A stretch of 54,070 nt of DNA, filler included, from Circinaria calcarea (taxonomy: Eukaryota), in the NCBI GenBank assembly GCA_051942165.1. It is 4 parts of 4 records of this genome, joined end to end, with 100 filler letters (N's around TTAATTAATTAA, not from the genome) between each part and the next. Parts side by side here need not be neighbours in the genome. Positions count along the whole stretch, not along the records: positions 13,561 to 26,999 come from JAVECS010000501.1; 3 more parts are not named here. The stretch is one strand, 5' to 3'. Positions 14,879 through 25,021 of this stretch are shown piece by piece. The translations under genes and the position numbers were made by a program. The stretch's first letter is position 1; the number at the start of each line of letters is the position of its first letter. The notes under the pieces were generated by a model that saw only the letters and a program-made list of their open reading frames with translations, did no database searches and was not told the origin of the DNA.

Positions 14879-15273
14879 ATGGGAAGGTGGAGGTCGCCAA
14901 GTTGGCATGCAAAGGTAGCTCCATGGCTCATTGATACCGGCTTGAAGAATATGCCTGACCAAGATATGCGTCTTTGTTTCTTAGACCATGGCATTAATGA
15001 TAGAAACACTGGCCCCTTCTTTCTCCAGTCATGACTCTCTTGTTGCATGGTAGATCTGGGTTGCTGTTGCCCTCAAATACACGATGACTTCCTTGTGGGC
15101 TTTGGGTCGGGATTTCAAACTACCCTAACTGAAGTTCCAGACTTTCTCCTCGAAAGTCGGGAGAGCAAAACTTGTAGATGATTAGGTCTCCAATTTCGTT
15201 AAGATGCCCGAGTGCATTCAAGCACATCTGGCATTATTACATCAAGGCGATACATGGCATTAACCCCGGGGAG

Positions 15274-15376
15274 GTCGCGCTTACAAGTAGTACTGCACGG
15301 GACCTTGGAGGTAAGGTGCAGGCGACTGTCTCGCTTAAAATTAGTACTGTACGCGACCTTTGAGGTAAGGTACAGC
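15274..15376. repeat. Two-copy 54-bp-period direct repeat
   Basis: GTCGCGCTTACAAGTAGTACTGCACGGGACCTTGGAGGTAAGGTGCAG (15274) vs GTCTCGCTTAAAATTAGTACTGTACGCGACCTTTGAGGTAAGGTACAG (15328), 41/48 identical. Confidence 0.8.
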
Positions 15377-15583
15377 GCAAGGCTTCGGCTTAGTCAACCC
15401 CGTCCCTTAAGCGAGAATTTCCTAGGTTAGGGTTTGAGCTATGGTTTATAGCTAGTGTCCCCACGATATTTTCGGTCCTTCTTGACAATTTTTTGAGCCA
15501 GAATTAATACTCTAAGTAACAAAGACACTGAAGCCCGTCTCCGCCTACTCTTTAAGAAATCAAACGTATCAGAGACAGTGAGG

Positions 15584-16846
15584 ATGTCTGACCAAAGTTC
15601 AAATCGGCCTCTGAACGGCCAGCAAGACATGTCCAGCCATCCGCTATTTGCGGCTCTTAACCAACGAGTTACAACGCTGGAGACCATAGTCCAAACTCAG
15701 CAGACCCTATTCCAGGCCCATCAGACCCTATTCCGGATTCAACAATCGACAATCTCCAACTTGACTCGGTCGGTCAACGAACTTCGTGCTACGAATCAAG
15801 CCCAACCGGGTGGCAGTGGGCTTGGGCGATCAAGATTAGAAAATCGAAATAGAGACAGATCAGATCCCCATCAGTCAAGGGGTAGAGAAGGCAGGAGCGT
15901 ACCACAGCAGCGACATGGCCACGGGAGGATGCCTTCACGCTCACGATCTCCTCCTATACATCACCCGCGTTCTCGCCGACAAACCTCTTCAATTGAAAGC
16001 GATGATAGCCTGATGGGTGCACACGCCCGTGGTTTTGGTCATCACGAAGATACGCAGAGGTTGTCTGCCCTTCCTTCACCAAGACCAAGACCGGCAGACG
16101 TGGATAGATCACTGTATGAAGGAAGCAGCAGATCGCGATCTGGACTCCAGCAATCTCAGTCCCCAGCTAGGAGGACGACTGAGATAATAGATTTGGAGCT
16201 TGAGGATATAAGCGACGATGAGAACAAGCAGCATTCAGCTGATAGCGAAGGGAATCCAGCGGATGATGGGCGCGCTCAGCTTCAGCAACCAGAAAACTCC
16301 GCTGGTGGCAGCAGGCGACCTCCAACTGGAAACCTTGACTTGGCCACGGGGAGTAACGACCCTCAAGCCGTGGAGCAGGATTCCCCACCACGAGAAACGC
16401 ATACGTCAGAGGTTGAAGAGCCCCTTGATGAAATCGATGGGATCTTGGCAAAGGTCATATTGCCACCGAATTTTACGGATGCAGAGACTTTGATTTTCCG
16501 AAATCTAATAGAAAAAGGTAAAAGAACAAAATATACCCAACCGGACTATATATTCGACCTCTATTCGGTGGATCCAAAGGTAACGTATAAAGGTAGTACT
16601 CGGGTGCGGTGTGTTTGCTGTGGCTTAGCAAGAGAAGGGGTATATTGGATTAATGATGATGGAGGCAAGATAGAGCATGCGTCGGAAGATCAAATGAAGA
16701 AACGCTGTGGGCATTGTTCTAGGTATAAACGGCCTTGCTTGACGGTGCGACTCGTGGAAGGAGTCGACCCGACTAATTCTGCCTCGACAAACGGCGAGGG
16801 TAAGAGATGGAAATTATTTAAAAAAACTAACGCAGATGCAGAGTAA
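15584..16846 (+). CDS. Orphan protein: N-terminal coiled coil, RS-rich disordered middle, C-terminal Cys cluster
   Basis: 420-codon intronless ORF; LNQRVTTLETIVQTQQ..LTRSVNELRA; RSRSPP; CVCC..CGHCSRYKRPC. Confidence 0.6.
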   Translation: MSDQSSNRPLNGQQDMSSHPLFAALNQRVTTLETIVQTQQTLFQAHQTLFRIQQSTISNLTRSVNELRATNQAQPGGSGLGRSRLENRNRDRSDPHQSRGREGRSVPQQRHGHGRMPSRSRSPPIHHPRSRRQTSSIESDDSLMGAHARGFGHHEDTQRLSALPSPRPRPADVDRSLYEGSSRSRSGLQQSQSPARRTTEIIDLELEDISDDENKQHSADSEGNPADDGRAQLQQPENSAGGSRRPPTGNLDLATGSNDPQAVEQDSPPRETHTSEVEEPLDEIDGILAKVILPPNFTDAETLIFRNLIEKGKRTKYTQPDYIFDLYSVDPKVTYKGSTRVRCVCCGLAREGVYWINDDGGKIEHASEDQMKKRCGHCSRYKRPCLTVRLVEGVDPTNSASTNGEGKRWKLFKKTNADAE

Positions 16847-16910
16847 CTCCACTGGTATAAAAGGTTTGAACAATGGAAGAGCGTGCAAGGTATTCGAATA
16901 CCAGGATAGC

Positions 16911-17088
16911 AAGAGCTGGTTTCATGGACTACGAAATGTAAAACAAGAGATGGGTACCCCGAGGGTTCTTAGCCTATGGCGTGCAGAAAGAGCTGGGTTT
17001 CATGGACTATAATATATTAAACAAGAGATGGGTGCCCCGAGGATTCTTAGCCTATGTGAATAGGCCATGGCATGCAGAAAGAGCTGGT
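16911..17088. repeat. Degenerate tandem repeat, ~77-91 bp unit, ~2.2 copies
   Basis: AAGAGCTGG(G)TTTCATGGACTA..AAACAAGAGATGGGT(A/G)CCCCGAGG(G/A)TTCTTAGCCTATG, unit starts 16911, 16988, 17079. Confidence 0.8.
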
Positions 17089-17249
17089 TGCACACGATTG
17101 CGAACGAGTTAGCTATGTTTAATCTGGAGCAAGGGCTAGAGAACGAGAAGCCATATACATAATAGATAGAAGTTAATATGTAATCAAAGGCCCCTTGCTT
17201 CTTAAACCCGCGACCGCTTTCACTGCATGGTGACTCTAGCTCTTCGTGG

Positions 17250-17336
17250 ATTCACCCATCATTCTTTCCCAAGATGAATCTCCATTATTCTTTCCCGAGA
17301 TAATTCACCCATTATTTTCCCCGAGATGAATCCCCA
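17250..17336. repeat. ~26-27 bp tandem repeat, ~3 copies
   Basis: CCAT(C/T)ATT(C/T)T(T/C)CCC(A/G)AGAT unit repeated. Confidence 0.7.
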
Positions 17337-17489
17337 ATTCATGCCTCGCAGTGAATTCCAAACCAGTCATCCCCAGAGATGTTAACCCAACCCAATCCTC
17401 CCCGATTTCAATTTCTTTCCCAATTATCTGCACCAACTTTCTCCAACACTCTCAAGTTTGAGCATCGTCTTGCATCTTCGTATATATAT

Positions 17490-17957
17490 ATGATGCCATC
17501 CACCTACATCCTCTTCCACCAATACGATAGAGCCACGTCTTACGTATACTTTCTGTGGTTGGGTAGCTTATAGGCCCATTCCCATCTTTGGCCAGCAATT
17601 AGTGGTGTACTTGTCTCTGGTCAATAGGGGCCACCACATATTCCAGCGTCAGATAACGCGAGAAGGCCAGCACCATCGGCGATCCTTCGAGCTCCGGCAG
17701 CAGCTATTAGGCGTACGCCTGCCGCACATGCGAATGCAGTTGAAGCTCAAGAGTTGCGCCAGACTGTTGCCCATATGGATCAGATGATAGCACATGGCCG
17801 AGCCGCTATTGCTGCTGCAGGGGCTCTGCTTCAACAAAGGAATATTAATATAAGCCCATCGTCTGGCCCGTCTCCCTCAGCCTCAAGGCCTCTTCTGATG
17901 ACTGAGCATCATTTGTTATATATGATACTGACTCCGGCCTCCGTTTGCTTCTCCTGA
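17490..17957 (+). pseudogene. Small orphan ORF interrupted by TAG stops
   Basis: Track ORFs 17379-17573 and 17754-17957 share one frame, broken only by two TAG codons; Ala/Pro-rich, coding-like composition. Confidence 0.3.
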
Positions 17958-18545
17958 TTTTTATATAGGATTCCATTCTTTTATGTATCTATTTTCGATT
18001 AGTTTATATAGTAGGCGTCTGTGAGAATCCAGACCGCTTGTCAGGCAAAAGGGCTGCTCCGGAGGGATGATGGCGGAGAGGTTCCCTGGTGTACTGGATA
18101 AAGATTTATAAAAAGAGGAAAAGAGTAAGTAACTAAGGAATAAGAGCTTGAAGCATCTAGTTTACTTTAACCAAGTCTTTTATTCTACTCTTTCATCATG
18201 TCCAATACAGGCCGCCCGTTCATTCCCAATTTCGATGAGGAGATGGATTGGGATGACCACAGCGATGATGAAGCAACGGCTCAGGCCTTGACACTTCATC
18301 AACCTGCACCACCTGCCGCCGCCGCCGCCACCGCTGGTCCTCGTGCAGCTCCTGTTGCTTCTGCAGTTCCTGCAGTTCCTCGTGCTGCTCCTGCTGCTCC
18401 TCGGGCAGCTCCTCCAGCAGCTCTTCCTGCTGCAGCTCTTCCCGCAGCTCCTCCTGCTGCCGCTGCCGCCGGTGCTGGTCCGGCTCCTGCTCCTGCCCCT
18501 GCCCAGAGACAAGGAGGAGATGGGTCTCGTCGTAGAGATAGGAAT

Positions 18546-18783
18546 GCTCGTGGTGGCGAGCAACCTGCTCGTGGAGGTGAGCGCCCTGCTCGTGGGGGAG
18601 AACGCCCTGCTCGTGGGGGTGAACGCCCTGCTCGTGGGGGTGAACGCCACGCTCGTGGAGGTGAACGCCATGCTCGTGGAGGTAGGGATGCTCGTGGAGG
18701 TGAGCGCCCTGTTCGTGGGGGTGAACGCCCTGCTCGGGGTAGCAGGGATGCTCGTGGCGGTGAGCGCCCTGCTCGTGGTGGTG
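18546..18783 (+). repeat. Coding minisatellite, 21-bp unit encoding ARGGERP (~12 units)
   Basis: GCTCGTGGNGGTGARCGCCCT iterations; 11 RGG plus 1 RGS. Confidence 0.9.
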
Positions 18784-19784
18784 CACCTCCACCTCCTCCT
18801 CAAGGTCGTCCTCGCCAAGCCCCTCCTCGCCAGGCTGCTCCTCCTCAGCCCCAGGAAGAGTTCAGGATCAAAGGTCTTGCTGACCCGGTTGCTCCTCCGG
18901 TGCTCTCCCCTCCGTCTGGTCCTGCGGCTCGAGCAATATGTTTACCTCGAGATAGCCCGGATGATTCAGTAGCAGGTAACGTAAGAGGTACCACCAGCAG
19001 CTCCGTTCGAGACTCAGATCCTATTTTACAACCAGGGCATGCACCCCAAGTACCCGTAGCTCCATAGGGCGTTAAGTCGTTCATCACTCGGTAACCGCGC
19101 GGATTACATTAATGTACCAGAGGAGAACGCCCGAGGGTTTCAAAAAGCGTGAAAAGAAGCTTAAAAATACTTAGATAAATGATTATGGCTACAGCGAGGT
19201 TCAGCAAAAGCTGAAGCTATAGGACCTTGAATTAAAGAAACGTCGCCTGCGTCTTTTGTTATATATGATATTGGCTCCGGCCTCCCGCTCATTCTTGCTT
19301 GATTAAGATTTTTATATAAGATTCCGTTTATGGGCGGAGCAGTGGGCGTTATGATGAACGTGAAGGCAGTTAAGATAATTAGACCGTTATTCTTCATATC
19401 AATCTAATCAATGATACTCGTCCCACCACTCTAATTCTGGGCGTCGATCGTCTCATCGATCTCCTTATTCACCTTCTCGATTACACCGATCGCAATACGA
19501 GAGGAGAAGGTTCTCCAGAGACCGTGAACGTTCACCTCCTCACCGCTCTCCTCGCCGCTCTCAAACCAGAAGATCGCCTGCTGACAGGTCATAGGGCTAC
19601 CGAGGAGAACCGAGAGACTTGGCTTATACCAGTGGGGGACAGGAGTAGTAAGGGCGCCCTCAGGGGTCGCCAGCGGGACAGGTCCCTTTTGCGTACGATG
19701 GTACGCCCCAGTCAGCGCCTTCTTCTGTAGTATATAACCACAACTACTATATAGCGCCTCTACCCCGGCCTATTGCCCCCGCTG

Positions 19785-19991
19785 AAGAAGGAAGTAGTAG
19801 TGTAGTTCAGTACGGGAAGCAGCTTTTAGCTCCGTCTGAAGAGCAAAGGCGTCTTGAAGAGGATGTTATAAGGATAGCCAAAGAAGGAAGTCGTGGTATG
19901 GTTCAGTACGGGAAGCAGCCTTCAGCTGTGTTTGAGAAGCAAAGACGTCTGAAGGAGGATTATATACGGATGGCTAAAGAAGGAAAAGAAG
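19785..19991 (+). repeat. 96-bp (32-codon) tandem duplication within the pseudogene
   Basis: AAGAAGGAAGT..GTTCAGTACGGGAAGCAGC at 19785 and 19881; third partial unit at 19977. Confidence 0.75.
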
Positions 19992-21639
19992 CTATACATG
20001 AGGATGGTTAAAGAAGGGGAAGAAGCTATTCGAAGATTTTAAAAGAATAAACTCAGGGTGGCTGCTCCAGCAGCATATGCAGAGAAAAAGGCTCACGAAA
20101 ACCAGATTGCGAAGCTTTAGCAAAAGGTGGATAGCGTGGATTCATGCCTGGATCTGAGTTGAATCCCAACGAAAATGAGATCGCAACGCTTAAGGGGCAA
20201 CTCGATGCCAGGTTGCAACATCACGTCCCGTAGTAGCAACCCTTAGCTTATTCGTCTGGCATGAGCATGCAGTCTGCAATCGCTCATCAGTCATGGCAAC
20301 AGGTGCCATTGTCATATGCGCCTTTTGGTTCTCAGCAGCAGTAACAGCAACAGCCATTACCTCAGCGATTGGGCTTCGGCACTTAGCCTTCGTCATCTCG
20401 TCCTTCTGCCCAAGCGTCCCTGTCTGTGTCGTAGCGGTTTCCGGCAGCTCGGCCATCTCGTATGAGCGCAGCGCCTCTACCAGCACATGGCAGACCCTAA
20501 CTCGCTTTAGGTCAAGGTTCCCAGCCTTTCGATCCTAACCATACGCTCAGCAGAGACGATCTACGAGGTCGTATCGATGCAATGAGCCATAAGCTCTGGC
20601 CAGACTACGACGAGATAGATAGGTTCTTCGGGATACAGGCATCCTTTAGCGGAGGCCATGGCGTTGGAGGGGATGCTGCATCGATCTATGCATCTCAAGA
20701 CATCGACCAGATCCGAAGTTGGGCGCTGGAAAGCCTGAAGAAATACTTCGACGAAACCATCTGCGAGATCGCCGATGAGGTCGATAAAGATTTTTATACG
20801 GATGATCAACTCGCTGCACTGCCCAGCGAGATGCAAGCCATATCGTCGAAAGTCGGATCTACCTTGGAAAGGTTCTTCAGCGGTATTGCTTGTATACGAA
20901 ACGTATATGAAACTGCTCTGCGCAATGGTCATTTCCCTCCTGGAGAGTTGTGTCGGAGGTTCCGGGAGAATGTCACTAGTCCCCATCCTGACAGAAGCTG
21001 GCTGGACTTTTCGACCAGCGCATTGAGAAGGTTACAGGCAACAGTGCCTTCTCCTTTCCGTTTCGTCCCTGCCACTGCTGCAAATACCGCAGCATCATCA
21101 TCATCTTCGCAGGCATTGATCCCCAGTGGATTACGTTGAGTTGCCAGTCAGATTGACCCAAACAAAATGCAAGAAGATAATGCTAGGGATCGACAACCAT
21201 CCGAGGAAGTAGATTGAGGCTTGGAAAGAAGGGAAGGATGAAATATAAGATGATATAGGGAGGATAGTGCCGGTTTCCCTTGGATAAGGAAATAGAAAGC
21301 ACAGTAGAATAACGTAATAATGAAATTATTTAGTAAGTAGTTCTCGTACCGATGATTTCTTACGTGATAGCAAAAAAATAATAAGAGTGACCACAATATA
21401 GAAGGTAGTCTCCAGGGGGAAATCTAGCTCCGCTGATCAATAAGGATAGTAGTTACAGCGGTGAACTTTCAGCCCTGCGAAGCATCAGGTCGCGTAATAT
21501 CACGCTAGGGCTTCGCATCTTGCAACGGCACAATTCTAAAAGCACAAATCTTTACCATTACATCAGAAAAGTACTGTTTCACCTCCGCAATCGCATGAAC
21601 AGAAGTCATAGCTTGATACTGCAACATAACAATATTACC

Positions 21640-23631
21640 ATGTCTCAAAACACATTCGAGAAGGTTTTTGAATCGGGGACGAAAGAAGAGAAGATGGCTA
21701 AGGTAGATGAAGAAGAGGAGGAAGAAGCTAGGCGGCAAAAGCTATTGAAAGAACAGGCTGCTAAGAAAGCAGCAGTTCAAGCTGATAAGGCCGCGGCGCT
21801 GAAGAAGCGTCAGGAGGAGATTGCTGCCTCCAAAGCTGGGGTGTTTGCACCACCTGCGCCCACCAGCCAACGTCCACTCCATCCGATGGTGGGTACAACG
21901 ACAGCGGTACCAATGCCAAGACCTGGGATGACGATGCAAGAGCAGTCCGATGTCCTCTATCGAAATGAGGCCGATCAGGAAGCTATGCAGGCGAGGCGAG
22001 GTGGTGGGACTTGGGGTGGACCTAGTCGCGGATATCGAAGCGCGGCACCCATTGCACCACTTTCAACAAGATCTCGTGCACCACCTAACGCACCAACCGG
22101 ACCAGCTGTCAGGGGTGGGATACCTGGTCAAGAAAGGGGGGCTCGGGAGGTAAGTCAGCCCTCGGCTGAAACGGTGAAGAGGCAGGAGGCACAGCTCCAG
22201 CACTGGAAAGTAGCCCAGAAAGAGAAGCAGAGGTTGCAGGGGACGACCGCTAAGGTGGCATCCCTGGAAAACAGGATTTTTGGGAAGGTGGAGAAGAAAG
22301 CTTCCACTCCTACACAAAGAGGTGGTAGCTTCCAGATCCGTGGCACATCTCGCCTTAGGGGTAACATTCCCCTTGGTCCTCGGTCAGCTTCTGTTCGACC
22401 AACGCAAGCGATGAGGCCCCCTCCAATTCCCTCACCAGCTCGCCCATCAGCTCCTCCTGTCTCCCAGAGTGGAGATGTGGCTATTGAGCTTGCCCGAATC
22501 AATCTCGAGCGAGAGAGACTTGTTTCGGAGAGAGAGCGTGAGCGTCTTGCTTTGGAGAGAGAGACTGAGCGTGAGCGTCTTGCTTTGGAGCTCAAGAAAA
22601 CGAACCATCAGATTGCGATGGATATGATGCGGCTTGGGGAAAACCGTGGCCGGTTGCAGGAGATGTCGGCACAACCCCGTCGGCGCCGTTCTCGGTCTGC
22701 CTCCCCACGTCGCCGTAGTCCCACCCACTACGACGGCTACCGTACTCCAAGGTCCCCAGCCGAACAAGCTCATGGGAGTCAAAGTCGATCGCCAACAAGG
22801 TCACGATACCCGGCGCCAGGACCCCCCACACCTGCCTTCGCCCCGGCATACACGCCAAGTGTTGCCAGCCAAAGGTCGCATTCGATAAGGAGTGGATCTT
22901 CCTGGGTATCCCAAGAAGAATTCTCTCGCAATTGGCTGCCAAGGCAAGGTATCCGTGCGGGGAATCAGGCGCTACATGACAGTCAAGCAGTCAGGGCTAG
23001 ACTGCGAGCACGAGAGAGGGAGATGGAGTTGATGAAGCAGAAGATTGCAGCTAAGGAGCTGGCTGGGAAGAGAAAGGCAGAGGCCGCCATAACTACTACA
23101 GCGAAGGCAGAGCATTTGTATAACCAAATCTCTACCACACCCCGTGCGACCGATGAGGATAGACCTGCGCTGGGCATACGAGACACAGCCCCTGTCATAA
23201 GACCCGAGAATGCGCCCGATCTACACACAATTCCAGAAGGTTTTGTGCTGTTCTGTCACGCAGAATCCGCCGGGGAATACATCAATGGCTTGGAAGAGAG
23301 CGCCCAGGGGTTTAAGGCTGCGTGGGAAGAAGCCTACAATTCCTATGTTGATAGTGACGCGGACACAACGGTTGTTCGTCTACTCGCCGCGAGAGTAGGA
23401 ATAGAGGATGGCATCCTCGCAACCATTCAGGACCTCCTGAACCGCGCTCGGGGTCTAATAGACCAGGCTGCAACAGTGGCTGAGGTGGATGACGCCGTCA
23501 ACTTCTTAAACGCAGAGGCACTGCGTCTTGGGATCGACGGGCGGCGTGTGTTCAGCAACATAGAGTTGCTGAACTATCTTCCAAGAGACAAGCTTGGTCC
23601 CCTTGTGGTAAGTGAGTTCACAAAGGATTAA
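21640..23631 (+). CDS. Orphan protein with coiled coils, RGG/RS-rich disordered region and helical C-terminal domain
   Basis: Intronless ORF of ~663 codons from ATG 21640; RRGGGTWGGPSRG, RRRRSRSASPRRRSP, ERERLALE duplicated; C-terminal AGEYINGLEESAQGFKAAWEEAY.. Confidence 0.75.
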   Translation: MSQNTFEKVFESGTKEEKMAKVDEEEEEEARRQKLLKEQAAKKAAVQADKAAALKKRQEEIAASKAGVFAPPAPTSQRPLHPMVGTTTAVPMPRPGMTMQEQSDVLYRNEADQEAMQARRGGGTWGGPSRGYRSAAPIAPLSTRSRAPPNAPTGPAVRGGIPGQERGAREVSQPSAETVKRQEAQLQHWKVAQKEKQRLQGTTAKVASLENRIFGKVEKKASTPTQRGGSFQIRGTSRLRGNIPLGPRSASVRPTQAMRPPPIPSPARPSAPPVSQSGDVAIELARINLERERLVSERERERLALERETERERLALELKKTNHQIAMDMMRLGENRGRLQEMSAQPRRRRSRSASPRRRSPTHYDGYRTPRSPAEQAHGSQSRSPTRSRYPAPGPPTPAFAPAYTPSVASQRSHSIRSGSSWVSQEEFSRNWLPRQGIRAGNQALHDSQAVRARLRAREREMELMKQKIAAKELAGKRKAEAAITTTAKAEHLYNQISTTPRATDEDRPALGIRDTAPVIRPENAPDLHTIPEGFVLFCHAESAGEYINGLEESAQGFKAAWEEAYNSYVDSDADTTVVRLLAARVGIEDGILATIQDLLNRARGLIDQAATVAEVDDAVNFLNAEALRLGIDGRRVFSNIELLNYLPRDKLGPLVVSEFTKD

Positions 23632-25021
23632 GAAAGAGATAAGTTGAAGTATTTGGGTTTAGAAAAAACAATGTAATAAGAGTTGGGTTAATTGGCATCT
23701 CTGATTCTGGAAAGAGACGGTTACTTAGTATATTGTTCTTGCTTTTAAAAAAGAGCTGGGATACAGGTTGGGTTCGCCATGGCTCGATGCTTAAGGTAAG
23801 TAGGAAAAGCATCCCCTGGCTATATCTAACGAATTAGGCCGAAGAACGTCTAAGGTAAAATAAAAATCCTTTTGAATAGATTTAAAATGAGTGGTAATAA
23901 ATCGTGTTCCTGGCTTTGCATGCTAAACGCAATTGTGAGACGTGACCGACCTATGTGTACTGCCTATTCATCCCGTAGATCCATCCCACAAATCCGCCTG
24001 AATGAAAATCGGAGCGCATACCCACGCTTTGCAGGAGTGACCACGAAGCAGAAGACTCCCCATTTGGCATACTATTTCAATAGCTTGCTTAATTAATGAA
24101 TCCCTTTAACTATCTCCACGATCATGGCTAGAATTAAATATCACGATACTATTCGATTCAAGCTGTTATGGCTTACCATAGCGCATAAACAAATCTAAGG
24201 TTCCGCGCGGCTCTCGGTACGGTGAGGATGATTGGATCCGGCAGGGATGATTGGATTGGACGCGCCTAAATGTAGGGGTCCAAAACGTGGAGCTACCCAG
24301 AAAGAGGTTCAGAGTTTGTTGAGTATTATTTTCTTGCTGAGTATTGCGTTAACCTATCCCCAATAACTAGACTTGTGTACGGATATTATCGATAGACTAC
24401 AGAGTATTTTTTGTTGTGGGTAGAGAATTCGTTGAACTTATTCATAGCTACGAATCCCATTTGCTAATCCGGTAACTTCCAGTCATTAAAGCTGGCCGTT
24501 GCAGTCGCATGATTCTGGCTGCCTGGTAGCATAGGTAGTAGCACTTTTAATATTATCTCTCCTCTCTCCATCTATAGAAAGAAGTACATGCGTTTATCAG
24601 TGATAGGTGCCTACAAATGCTATCCGGGGCTCCTTTGGAACACTATAACGACACAACCGGCAGCGTGTAAAGTAATTGGAAGTGAGTAAACAGTGAGAAG
24701 GGAAAGGAATAAGTAGGTGTTGCAGGAATACGTGACTCCCATCGCAGTGGTTGTCACAATTGCATTGGAAATAGTAACAGCAGAACCGATTTCATTTGCT
24801 AAGCCTGGATGGGGAGTACTTATCCTGTTGTGCCAGCCATTTCAGGGCCCTTCTCTTGAGTTGACCATATCCTTTCCTTGATTCAGTATTTTAAAGCCCA
24901 CCTCTTAGTCATACCCAAGCCCTTCTCTTATTAATTGTCCCCTTCCTCAACACGGTCCAACTCTTTTCTATACCCAAGGGTCCTCCTCTTATCAAATGCC
25001 TCCTTCTCGCACCTATCAGAG

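Larger units (their letters stand above)
18198..21139 (+). pseudogene. Large RGG- and RS-rich orphan gene disrupted by C>T/G>A stops (may be two adjacent genes)
   Basis: 5' ORF 18198-19067 (RGG repeats); coding-like continuation 18990-19255; RS-rich frame 19382-19990 (RERSPPHRSPRRSQTRRSP); Q-rich frame from 20144 runs in frame into ORF 20582-21139; stops include TAG TAA 19646-51, TAG TAG 20231-36, and TAA 20342 inside a CAG run. Confidence 0.65.

Noticed and set aside
15421..15434. Telomere-like TTAGGG
   Set aside because: Single hexamer, not an array.
16911..17336. CRISPR-like array
   Set aside because: Eukaryotic context; repeats are tandem and degenerate without unique spacers, and no cas genes are present.
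18180..18972. Overlapping ORFs 18180-18818(-), 18220-18792(-) and 18343-18972(+)
   Set aside because: Alternative-frame shadows of the stop-free GC-rich minisatellite.
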